DNA from: Octopus sinensis
Lineage: Eukaryota
Direction of reading: 5' to 3'
DNA: 64,000 bases
Assembly: GCF_006345805.1 (NCBI RefSeq)
Contig: NC_043005.1
Span: 33,480,001-33,544,000, forward strand
Both the position numbers and the translations under genes were made by a program. Position 1 is the first letter of the stretch, and each line of letters begins with the position of its first letter. Shown here piece after piece: positions 26,897-37,911 of this stretch. The notes below the pieces were generated by a model. It was not told where the DNA came from, did not search any database, and was given only the letters and a program-made list of their open reading frames with translations.

Positions 26897-27149
26897 GTTA
26901 TGAAGAACATACAACCAAATGCCAGCTTCATCTCTTTGGTCACTTTATACCTACCCAAGGAGCAACTTTCTCAGTATACTGGTCAGTGTGTGAAAGTAAA
27001 TCTATTACCCTCTTTACTTACCCAGGCTTTCTCTAATAGTCATGCACAAATGTATTTACTATCTGCACAATGGGCCATAGGACTAAAGACAATTCATTTA
27101 CTGCAACAAGAAATGAGTTGTGTACACAAACAACTTGAAGTATATATTA

Positions 27150-27440
27150 GCCAGAAAAATCCATGATGTACTGAGGGCATGATAGGTGAATCGCGATATA
27201 TGAACCACAATATGGTGAATGGTTATGAACATGTATATGCATACCGCGTGTGTACCGTTGGCGATATTTTTCCTCTGTCTTCCCTTCTCTGGATCTTTCC
27301 TTTTCCTATGTTTCTGACGAAGAGCTCCACTCGAAACTTTAAACCCTCCTTCTTCCCTTCCTTCCTGAGCGTCCAATAATACTATATTTGTTCCACGTCC
27401 ACGCGTTGTTGTGTTTTCATGTTTGGATTAACTTTAAATA
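27150..27440 (+). mobile_element. Penelope-like terminal-repeat fragment carrying a minimal hammerhead-like motif
   Basis: GTTT-CTGACGA-A-GAG-CTCCA-CTC-GAAAC-TTT-AAAC at 27310-27344; tail aataatactatatttgttccacgtc..tttggattaacttt recurs at ~28280-28355. Confidence 0.55.
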
Positions 27441-27448
27441 TATATATA

Positions 27449-27963
27449 TACTAGCAGTATCGCCCGGCGTTGCTCGGGTTTGTAAGGGAAATAACTATAT
27501 AAGCATTTTTAGAGAGTTACTTCCCTTATAGATGCCAATTCGGGCTTTCTTAGCCATTTCTGTTTTGGTGTCTTCAAGCCATGAAGTCGTTGTTCTAAAA
27601 GAACGCTGGTCTCCTTGACAACGCATTACGACGTTGATTTCTTTACACTCCCTTCCCCACAGCTTCACGAGGGAGGGAAGGGGGAGAAGCAAACAGGTGC
27701 AGCTGTGAGCGTGGACGCCAACTCCGCCGCCATCGACACACGAAAAATTATGCATTAAAATGGAATAAAAAATGATGTTAAATTATTTTTAAAATCGTAG
27801 ACTCATCGTTGACGCGCGCTAATAGCCAGACAGGCTTGATATGAATCACGACTGTAAGATACCCGAATTTGGTTAAACTGCACCGCAAAATGTGGGAGGA
27901 GTTAGGAATCTAAATCGAAGGGGACAGACACTCACACAACTAAAGTTTTATATATATAGATAG
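27449..27963 (+). mobile_element. Non-autonomous Helitron/Helentron-like element
   Basis: Starts TACTAGCAGTATCGCCCGGCGTTGCTCGGG and ends ttttatatatatagat; a closely related copy lies at 52108-52520. Confidence 0.65.
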
Positions 27964-28236
27964 ATATAATATATGTACATATTCAGTAATCAGTCTTGTT
28001 GTACCTACTCCCTCCTAAAAACTAGGCCTGGGTATATAAAATATATATATATAGCAAAATATATTCTTTATTCTTTTATTTGTTTCAGTCATTTGACTGT
28101 GGCCCCAGGACTTATTCTTTGCGAGCCTAGTACTTATCCTATTGGTCTCTTTTTCCAAGGCACTAAGTTACAGGGATGTAAATACACCAACATCAGTTGT
28201 CAGGCGATGATGGTGGGGACAAACACAGATACACAA

Positions 28237-28267
<31 letters not shown>

Positions 28268-28475
28268 GATATATATAGCAATAATACTATATTTGTTCCA
28301 CGTCCTTGCGTTGTTGCGTTTTCTCTTGGTGTTTTCATGTTTGGATTAACTTTATATATATATATAGTGAAATATATATACATTTCGCTTAGGCATTGTA
28401 ATACTAATAACCTGGTATAGAACTCAATATACATACGCTTCTGAACATAGCATTTGCCAAGTACAGAGTGGTAAT

Positions 28476-28750
28476 AAGAACAGAGATGACAAAAGAATAA
28501 AATGATTACCTTATGAACTTCATAAGCGTACAGCTGATTCCACTATAAGATGTGGTGGACTCATAGTTGAGTGCCTAAGTAACATCTTACAGTTTCGTCA
28601 GAGCCTCAAGCATGAAGTTCATGCTCTGAAACTGTAAGATGTTAGTTAGGCACTCAACTATGAGTCCACTGTATTTTATAATGGAAACAGATGTAAGCTA
28701 ATGAAGTTCATAAGATAATCATTTTATTCCTTTGTCATCTCTGATCTTAT
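28476..28750. repeat. Foldback element, ~120-bp arms, inserted in a TA tract
   Basis: aagaacagagatgacaaaagaataaaatgatta..gactcatagttgagtgcctaagtaacatcttacagtttc pairs with gaaactgtaagatgttagttaggcactcaactatgagtcc..taatcattttattcctttgtcatctctgatctt. Confidence 0.9.
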
Positions 28751-28764
28751 ATATATATATGTCA

Positions 28765-28864
28765 CTGAATGGCACTTTGGGCAAGTGTCTTCTACTATAG
28801 TCTTGGGCTGAGCAAAGCCTTGTGAGCAGATTTGGTAGAAGGAAACTAAAAGAAACCTGTTATG

Positions 28865-28897
<33 letters not shown>

Positions 28898-29115
28898 CTT
28901 TGTGTATGTGTTTTTCCCCCACAACTGCTTGACAACTGATGTTGATGTGCTTATGTCCCCATAACTTAACACTTTGGCAAAAGAGACCAATAGAATATGT
29001 ACCAAGCTTTAAGAAGTAAGTCCTGGGATTGATTTGTTCAACTAAAAAATCCTTCATGAAAGTGCCCCAGCATGGCCACAGTTAAAAATGACTGAAGCAA
29101 GTAAAAATAAAAGAG
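28765..29115 (+). mobile_element. tRNA-derived SINE, 5'-truncated and CpG-decayed
   Basis: Aligns with the 17480 SINE; most CpGs are converted to TpG/CpA. Confidence 0.85.
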
Positions 29116-29229
29116 TGTGTATGTGTGTGTATGCATATGTGTACATATGTATGAGGGCACATGGCTCATGACCCCAGGCTTCAGTTATATCCCATATACT
29201 TGTTGCTATACTCAACAATACCCACTCTT

Positions 29230-30200
29230 CCACTATCTTTCATTCCTCCCTGATATTCTCCAACCATGTGTCATCCATTCACAACCAAGTCACTACATGC
29301 CAAAGCTGTATGCATGCCCTGAACACAGACCTTGAAAGCATCCTCTAATGAAAAACACCAATCTTGTTTCTTTCAAGAGCAACAAATCACAGATACTTCT
29401 TGTATCAAGTAACTGTCATTACACCACACCTCACTAAACATGAACAGCCCCTCAGCTCCAAAATAAACTCTAGTTGTTATGTCTCACATTGAAGGCACAT
29501 GAATCAGTGGTTAGAGTGTCAGGTTTACAACTGTGAGGTTGTGAGTTCAATTCCTGAATCAGGCTGTGTGTTGTGTTCTTGAGCAAGACACTTTATTTCA
29601 TGTTGTTCCAGTTCACTTAGCTGTAAAAATGAATTATGATATCACTGATACCAAGCTGTATTAGCCTTTGCCTTTCCCTTGCATAACATCAGTGGCATAG
29701 AGAGGTAAGACTGGAATGTATGGGTGACTGCTGGTCTTCCACAAACAACTTTGCCCAGACTTGTGCCTCGGAGAGGAACTTTCTAAATGCAATCCCATGG
29801 TCATTTGTGACCAAAGGGAGTCTTTACTCTTTACCTTATTTCTCACTATTACTGAGGAACTTTCCTGGGAAAAACACATACTTATCATAGCTAGGGGAGC
29901 ATCTCAATGACTGGCCCTTCTCTTCAGGGCCAAGTGAGACCCTCAATGGAGTATTGCTCCAATATCTCTGACAATATTACTGCTGCTGCTAGACACAGAC
30001 ATCCTATACTACATCCAGAAAAGGGCCACCTGATGGGCATATAGTCACTCACAAACACAATCCATCCAGTTTTTGACCCACAACTGCATTGTCTTCTCTT
30101 TCTACTTTTTCTGCCACTACTGTAATGGCTTCTGCCCTCTGAATTGGCTGGGTGCATGACACCTCTGCTCATTCATTTCTGAACCACTCCTCTTTCTTCC
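29230..30200 (+). mobile_element. CR1/Jockey-group LINE RT fragments, split by a SINE at 29492-29830
   Basis: LNTDLESIL**..NLVSFKSNKSQILLVS, QVRPSMEYCSNI and FCHYCNGFC remnants in short frames. Confidence 0.5.
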
Positions 30201-31290
30201 TCTTATTATCCTTTGCATCCAGTCCCTCTTGCCTTACACAAACCACTACACCTAATCCTTTTTCCTGCATCTTCCCTTTAGAATTCCTTCCCTCCTCTTG
30301 TCTTTCTTACAAGTGTTGACTTAAAAAGGTTCAAGAGGAACATTAATAATCCTTTCTATTATGTGCACAAGGTCAAAAATTTGTGGGGAGAGGATTAGTT
30401 GATTAGATCCAAACCCAATGCTCAGCTAGTATTTATCTTATCAACCCCAAAACACAAAAGGCTAATTCAATCACAGCAAAATTTGAGCAGAGCATAAAAA
30501 GCTGGAAGAAATACCATTAAGCATTTTGTTTGACATTGGTAAAAATTCTGCTGATATACAGCCTTAAAAAGAACTCTAACAATGGCATCGATCTCACTGA
30601 TCTATCATTCTTTTCATACTGAACTTACTGGTGTAGATACTTAAACAATGTGTGCTTCTGGCTTTGTATCATATTCTGGGTCACATATTTTTACAATTTG
30701 CTTTTTCTTCTTGCAAACGGAAGGCATGAAATTTAAAATGTAAACACAGAATAACAAAAAAGAAACAATTAATAATACAACCAGTAAAGTTAGATACCTG
30801 GTGTATATAGTCCTAGCAATAACTAGTAAGTGTATATCTTAACTAGCAGGTGTGTATAGTAAGTAGCAGGGGCATAAGGTAACTAGCAGGTGTATATAAT
30901 AACTAGCAAGTGTATATGGTAACTAGCAAGTATATATAATAATAAGCAGGTGTATATGGTAAATAGCTGGTGAATATAGTAACTAGCAGGTGTATAGAGT
31001 AACTACCGGGTGCATATGGAAACTAGCTGGAGTGTAAAGTAGCTACCAGGTGTATGTAGTAACTAACAGGTGTATATGGTAACTAGGTGGTGTATATAGT
31101 AGCTAGCAAGTATATATGGTAACTAGCAGGTGTATATAGTAACTAGCAGGTGTATATGATAACTAACAAGTGTATAAGGGAACTAGCAGGTGTATGTAGT
31201 AACTAGCTGGTGCACATAGCAACTAGCAGGTGTATATGTTAATGAACTGGTGTATATAGAAACTAGCAGGTGTATAGTAACTAGTGTATA

Positions 31291-31832
31291 TATTAGATTG
31301 TTCAGAAAATACTATTCCGATTTTCAAAACACTTTTTACACATTTGTTTTTAGATTTTATTTCGTAGTGTTTTAGATGAAAATTTACACGCATCATAATT
31401 GATGTGTACTCTTTAATAAATTTTTATTGATTTCTTTCAGAACATCATAGAAATCCTTAATTTCAAACATGAAAAAAGGAATGTATTTACTTTTTTCTGA
31501 ACTAACTAGTAGGTGTATATGATAACTAACAAGTGTATGTAGTAACTAGCTTGGACTTTTTGCTTCCCAAAAAACCCACCAATATCAAAAGAGCATGGAG
31601 TGAGGAATCCACTTGTGATCAGATGTAAAATGATGGTCTGAAAGATTCCAAAATGGAGATGAGAGCCTTCAAGATCAAGAAGGTAAAGAACACCCATCCA
31701 CCCTGGATGATCCACATTTGAAAACAATAGTCAAACAAAACCCGTGAAAATTGTCTCATATACTTGATGTCAGTGTTTCAAGAATAAAGGATTATTTTTT
31801 AAATCAGCCATTATTTTCCAAATGACCTGATA
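31291..31832 (+). mobile_element. Mariner-derived MITE/internal-deletion derivative (copy 1)
   Basis: TIRs TATTAGATTGTTCAGAAAATA and TATTTTCCAAATGACCTGATA; encodes an HTH remnant (NIKRAWSEEST..DDPHLKTIVKQNP); satellite monomers inserted at 31501-31550. Confidence 0.8.
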
Positions 31833-32360
31833 GTAAACAGCTGATGTATATAGTAAGTAGCAGGTGCATATAATAACTACAAGGTGTTTATAGTAACTAG
31901 CAAGAGGGTATATGGTAACTAGCTGGTGTAAGTAGCACCTAGAAGGTGCATATAGGTAACTAGAAGGTGTGTACGGTAACTAGCTGATATATATGTTAAC
32001 TACCTGGTGTATATAGTAACTAGCTGGTGTATATGCTAACAACAAGGAGTATGTAATAACTAGCAGGTGTATATCATAACTAGTTGGTGTATATCATAAC
32101 TAGAAGATATATATAGTAACCAGCTGGTGTATATAGTAACTAGCAGGATACATATAGTAACTAGCAGGTGTATATAGTAACAGCCAGGTGTATCTATATC
32201 TAGCTGGTGTATATGGTAACTACAAGGTGTATATAATAACTATCTGGTTATATAGTAACTAACAGGTGCATATGGTAACTAGCAGGTGTATATATTAACT
32301 GGAAGGTGTATATAGTAACAAGCTGGTATATACAGTAACTAGCTGGTGTATATAGTAATT

Positions 32361-32601
32361 AGGGTCCACTATATTCAGGCTGTATGACAGGGATTTGAGA
32401 GATTCTGTAGCAGGGATGAGAACCTTCCAGATGAAGAAGGTAAAGGACATGCATCCACCCTTGATGATCAGTATTTGAAAACAATATTTGGACAAAACCC
32501 ACGATAAAGTGTTAGAGATATGTCTCATATGCTTAGTATCAGTGTTTCAAGAATATGGGCTTATTTTTAAAATTAGCCATTATTTTCCAAACAACCTAAT
32601 A
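32361..32601 (+). mobile_element. Same mariner-derived MITE, 5'-truncated (copy 2)
   Basis: DDQYLKTIFGQNP remnant; right TIR tattttccaaacaacctaata. Confidence 0.8.
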
Positions 32602-32606
32602 GTAAC

Positions 32607-33250
32607 TGTAGTGACTTCATTTAGGCATAGAATAGATTCGAACTTGAATCGGTAAATTTCCCCCGTAATATTTCAACAGTGTTTTTCTCACAGAAAAACA
32701 ATGGTTATGTTTAACATATGGCTTTGCCACTTGACCCTCCTAACCTCTTCTAGGCCATGAAAAGTCTGAATTGTGAAAACAGTTGACTTCCAATGAAATC
32801 TATTGTTCTCTGCAATAGTTTTGTATAGTTGTAGATACAAGAACTCCATAAGCCAAAGTCAGTTAGTGAGAACCAAGTCTAGTTGACTGGCTAAACGAAC
32901 CCACTGTCTCTGAACAAAAAGGCACAGAGAAACAATTATGGTAACTCACCAACGAAGCAGTTCCTCTTGCCCCACTACTCTCACTTTCACTAGCTGACTT
33001 TCTCTTCTCTCCAACATTACCTTATCCCTGTCTGAGGTTCACTAGTACACAATGATGGGAACACAAACACACCTGTACAAGAAAAATATACGATATTTCT
33101 CACATGCATTACGAATTATACATACCAGCCTGTCATGGTTTTGGCTATATACAAAGTAATGGTAATAAATATTTGCTTATAACTTCAATCATTGTTCTTC
33201 TTTCATCTTTACACCGGCAACATCAACACCAGTTACAAATTGGCGACCCT
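32607..33250 (+). mobile_element. Probable LTR with adjacent primer-binding site (Gypsy/BEL-like), internal region lost
   Basis: Unique ~630-bp segment starting TGTAGTGA (32607) and ending GTTACA (33237), with AATAAA near its 3' end, followed by aat-TGGCGACC. Confidence 0.55.
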
Positions 33251-33719
33251 CAACTACAATGAATAACAATATTGCTACAAAACTATGTGGAGTATATAGT
33301 GACTAGCAGGTGCATATGGTAACTAAAAGGTGTATATAGTAACTAACATGTACATATGGTAACTAGCATGTTTATTTAGTAACTAACCGGTATATATGTT
33401 AACTAGATAGTGTATATGGAAACTAGCTGGTGTATATAATATTTAAAGATGTATATAGTAACTAGCAGGCATATATGGAAACTAGCTGGTGTATATGTTA
33501 ACTACCAGGTGTATATGGTAAATAGCTAGTAAATATAGTAAAAAGTAGATGGATATTGTAACTAGCAGGTGTATACAGTAACTACCAGGTGTATATAGTA
33601 ACTAGCTGGTGTATATGGTAACTAGAAGGTATATATAGTAACTAGCTGGTGCATATAGAAACTAGCAGGTGCATATGGTAACTAGCATGTGTATATAGTA
33701 ACTAGCAGGTGTATTTTAA

Positions 33720-35074
33720 ACTGAAAGTTTATTTTACTTTATCTTAATACAAAGCAATGCAGTTAATCAAAATATGCACCTAAAATACCAACACAATTTT
33801 GTCATTTTACCTGTAGCTTATTTATGCCAGCAGTGAAGAATTCTGAAGAGCAAGAAGTGATGAAATCACGAAAGGCTGTTTTTGCATCTTCTTTAGATTT
33901 GAAGTTGTTTCCTTGCAAAAAGTTGTCTAATGCCTGGATGTTGTGATAGTCAGTTGGTGCAAGGTCTGGTGAATATGGTGGATGACAGAGTACTTCCAAG
34001 TTCAGTTCCTGTAGCTTGAATAGCATTCTTTGTGCAACATGTGGTCAAGTATTGTCTTGCAAAAGAATTGACCTGCCTCTACTGACCGATCTCAGTTGTT
34101 TAATTACAAGTTCACTTATCATTTCATCCAATTGGTTATGTATACATCACCTGTAATTGACTTACCAGGTCTCATGAAGCTGTAGTGAGTGATGCCAGCA
34201 CTGGACTACCAAACAGATACCATTAGTTTTTTTGGTGAATATTCCTATTTCGACTGTGTTTTGGCACTTCGTCTCTATCCAACCACAGTGCAGAACACTT
34301 GCTATTGTTGAAAAGAATCCATTTTTCATCACACATAATAATATGATGCAAAAATAGTTTGTTTTTATGCTGTGATAACAACGAACAACAAATTTCATGA
34401 TGACGTGTCCTTTGATGCTCGTTCAGTTCATGTGGTACCCATGTCCAGCTTCTTTACCCTGCCAATTTGTTTCAGATGGTCCAATACAGTTGGAATCGAA
34501 ACATCAAACCTTGCTGCTAACTCACACATAGTTTGAGACATATCTACTTCCACGACCATTTCCAGTTCATCATTATCCACCTTGGTCTCAAGTCTACCAT
34601 GGAACTGATTTTCAAGAGTAAAGTCACCATGCTAACTCACACATAGTTTGAGACATATCTACTTCCACGACCATTTCCAGTTCATCATTATCCACCTTGG
34701 TCTCAAGTCTACCATGGAACTGATTTTCAAGAGTAAAGTCACCAGACAGGAACTTCTCAAGCCATCGATATACAGTGCACTCATTCACCACATCTTCACC
34801 AAACACCTCATTGATGCTTTGAGTTGTTTGGGATGCATTGGTTCCATGATGGAACTCATATTCATAAACAACATGAATTTTTGATCAATCCATGTGTTCA
34901 CAAAAATTAAGTTACAAGAGAAAACTCACAATGTAATCAGACACCATGAATTGCAGTTTGAAAAACGATGATTTAACTCTTCAATGCTATAAAACAAAGA
35001 ATTGTCGGGATAAAACATTAGAGTCAAACTTGGTGCATAAGAAAATCGGACATTTCATTCTTAATGACCTGATA
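33720..35074 (-). mobile_element. Mariner (DD34D, Mos1-like), decayed, with 115-bp internal tandem duplication
   Basis: HPPYSPDLAPTDYH, LQDNT*PH and RWLEKFLSGDFTLEN motifs; TIR end cttaatgacctgata at ~35060-35074. Confidence 0.9.
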
Positions 35075-35601
35075 GTAATTAGAAAATGCATACAGTATCT
35101 AGCTGGTGTATATAGTAACTAGGAGGTGTATATGGTAACTAGATGTATATAGTAACTAAGAGGTGTATATAGTAACTACCTGGTGTATATGGTAACTAGC
35201 TTCTGTAAAGAGTAACAAGGAAATGTATGTAGTAACAAGCTGATGTATATAGTGACTAGCAGGTGCATATGGCAAATAGCAGGTGTATATAGTAACTATG
35301 AGGTATATATAGTAACTAGTTGATGTATATAGCAACTAGCAGGTGTATATGTTAACTAGCTGGTGTATAAAGTAAAGAGTTGGTGTATATAGTAACTAGC
35401 AGGTATAAATAGTAACCAGCAGTGTATATAGTAACTAGCTGGTGTATATGGTAAGTAGCTGGTGTATATGGTAATTTGCTGGTATACATAGTAATGAGCT
35501 GGTGTATATAGTAACTAGCATGTGTATATTGTAAAGACCCTAATATATACATTTAGTTATAGATACATGTGCTATTTAGTATATACACCAGCTAGTTATT
35601 A

Positions 35602-36891
35602 TGAGGGGTGTATGAAAAGTCTTGAGCCTCAAAAAAACAAAACATAGTACAAGACTTCTGATGATTTATTTTTCAATATAGTCCCCCTCGATGACTGAAC
35701 AGTTTCTCCAGCAGTGCTGAAGCACCATTATCCCGGCGTAGAGGAACACTTTTGTTTGAGACTGCAAGAAGCTTCCTACAGTGTCTATGACATCATTGTC
35801 ACTGACAAAATGGCGACCAGCCAGGGTTTTTTTCATTTTGGGGAATAGATAAAAGTCAGAGGGGGCTAAGTCTGGCGAATAAGGCGGATGGAGAACAAGT
35901 TTGTATCCACAATCACGAATTGTTGCCATGGCAACCACTGAGGTGTGGGCTGGAGCATTGTTATGAGGAAAAAGAACTCCTCTGGTGAGCATTCCCGGCC
36001 TTTTTTCTTTGATTGCTTCTTGGAGGCATTTCAGTAGCTGAGAATAATACAGCCCTGTCACAGTGTGACCCTTTTCAAGGTAATCAATCAGCAAGACACC
36101 TTGCGAATCCAAAAGAACTGACACCATGAACTTGCCAGCTGAAGGAATAACCCTGGCCTTCTTTGGGGTAGAAGATGTGTGCTTCCACTGCTTTGATTGT
36201 TCTTTGGTTTCAGGCTGGTAGTGATGAACCCAACTTTCGTCCATAGTAGTGAAACAAGCAAGAAAATTCTCTTCATCAGCTTCAAGCAGTTTCAGATTCC
36301 TCGTGGACAAAGTGCACCTGGTGCGTTTCTGTACAGGAGTCAAAAGGCGAAGGACCCACCTTGCAGAAACCTTTGAGAACTCAAGTTCTTTTGTCACAAT
36401 GTTGTCTGCTCTTTCAGTTGAGATGCCCAGTCTCTCGGCTATCTGGCGACATGATATTTGACATTCTTGCATTATCATACCTAGAGCAAGGTTAATGTTG
36501 TCCTCAGTGGTTGCAATTGGAGGTCTCCCTGGTCAGGGATCATCTTCCACACTCTCCCTGCCACGCTGGAATTCATTTACCCAGCATATGACTGTTGCCT
36601 ATCAAGGAGCATTGTCTGTTAAGGTTCTCACCATATCTTCATGGATTTCTGATGGAGTCAGGCCTTTCAAATGAAGGTAATTTATGACAGCATGATACTC
36701 AGTTTTCTCCATTTTCCTTGTTACCTTGACATTTGTTTATTCAAACATCTGCAACAAAAAAAATTTAAATATCAGAATCATGAAAATGAGCAAGAATACT
36801 CCTAAAAGACTGTACTTACCAGAAAAAATTGTTTCAGCTACCTAGCAGCCCTGTTTCTAGGTTAGGCTCAAAACTTTTCAGACATCCCTCG
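35602..36891 (-). mobile_element. Full-length mariner (irritans/Hsmar2-like) with both TIRs and TA target-site duplication
   Basis: TA-TGAGGGGTGTATGAAAAGTCTTGAGCCT ... AGGCTCAAAACTTTTCAGACATCCCTCG-TA; ORF 35666-36478 has WVLRLL, TMDESW, PHNNAPAH and YSPDLAPSDF; the N-terminus is disrupted. Confidence 0.95.
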
Positions 36892-37439
36892 TATATATAC
36901 CTCTAGATACCATATACACCAGTCAGTGACCATATACGCCTGCTAGTTATTATATGCACCTGCTAGTCACCATATACACCAGCTAGTTGACATATACACC
37001 TGGTAGTTATTACATACACCTGCTAGTAGCAATATGCACCTGGTAGTTACCATATTGCCCTGCTAGTTCCTATATACCTTTGTTAGTTACCATATACACC
37101 TGCTAGTTAGTATATACAACTGTTAGTTACTATATACACCTTCTAGTTACTATATACAGATGCTGGTTACTCTATACACCATCTAGTTACCATATACACC
37201 TGTTAGTTACTACATACACCTGCTAGTTACCATAGGCACCTGCTACTTACTATATGCACTAGCTAATTGCCATATACATCTTGTAAGTACTACATACAGC
37301 AGCAAGTTACCATATACACCTGCTAGTTACCATATGCAGTTACTAGTTACTATATATAACTTCTAGTTACCATATGCAACTGCTAGTTACTATATACACT
37401 TGTCAGCTACTATATACACCTAGTTACTCTATATACCTG

Positions 37440-37911
37440 ATTTAAGATTTTATTTTGTTGTGTTTTAAATGAAATTTTACATGGATCATAACTGAAGTAT
37501 ACTCTTTGATAAATTTTTATTGATTTCTTTCAGAATATCATTTTGAAGCATAGAAATCCTTAATTTCAATCATGAAAAAAGAAGAAATGCATTTATTTTT
37601 TTCAATGAATTCCATCTTGGACATAATGCTTCCCAAAACAGCCACCAATATCAACAGAGCATGGGATGAAGGTTCTACTAGTGATTGGACAGTGAAACAG
37701 TGGTTCGAGAGATTCTATAGTGAGGTTGAGAGCCTTGAAGATCAAGTAGTTAGAGGACATCCATCCGACGTTGATGATCAGCCTTTAAAAACAATATTCA
37801 AACAAAACCCATGACAAAGAGTCAGAGAAATGTTTCATATAACTGGTATCAATGTTTCAATAATATAAGCTTCATTTTAAAATCAGCCATTATTTTCCGA
37901 AAAACTTAATA
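37440..37911 (+). mobile_element. Same mariner-derived MITE, 5'-truncated (copy 3)
   Basis: ORF 37572-37814 TATNINRAWDEGSTSDWTVKQWFERF..DDQPLKTIFKQNP; right TIR tattttccgaaaaacttaata. Confidence 0.85.
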
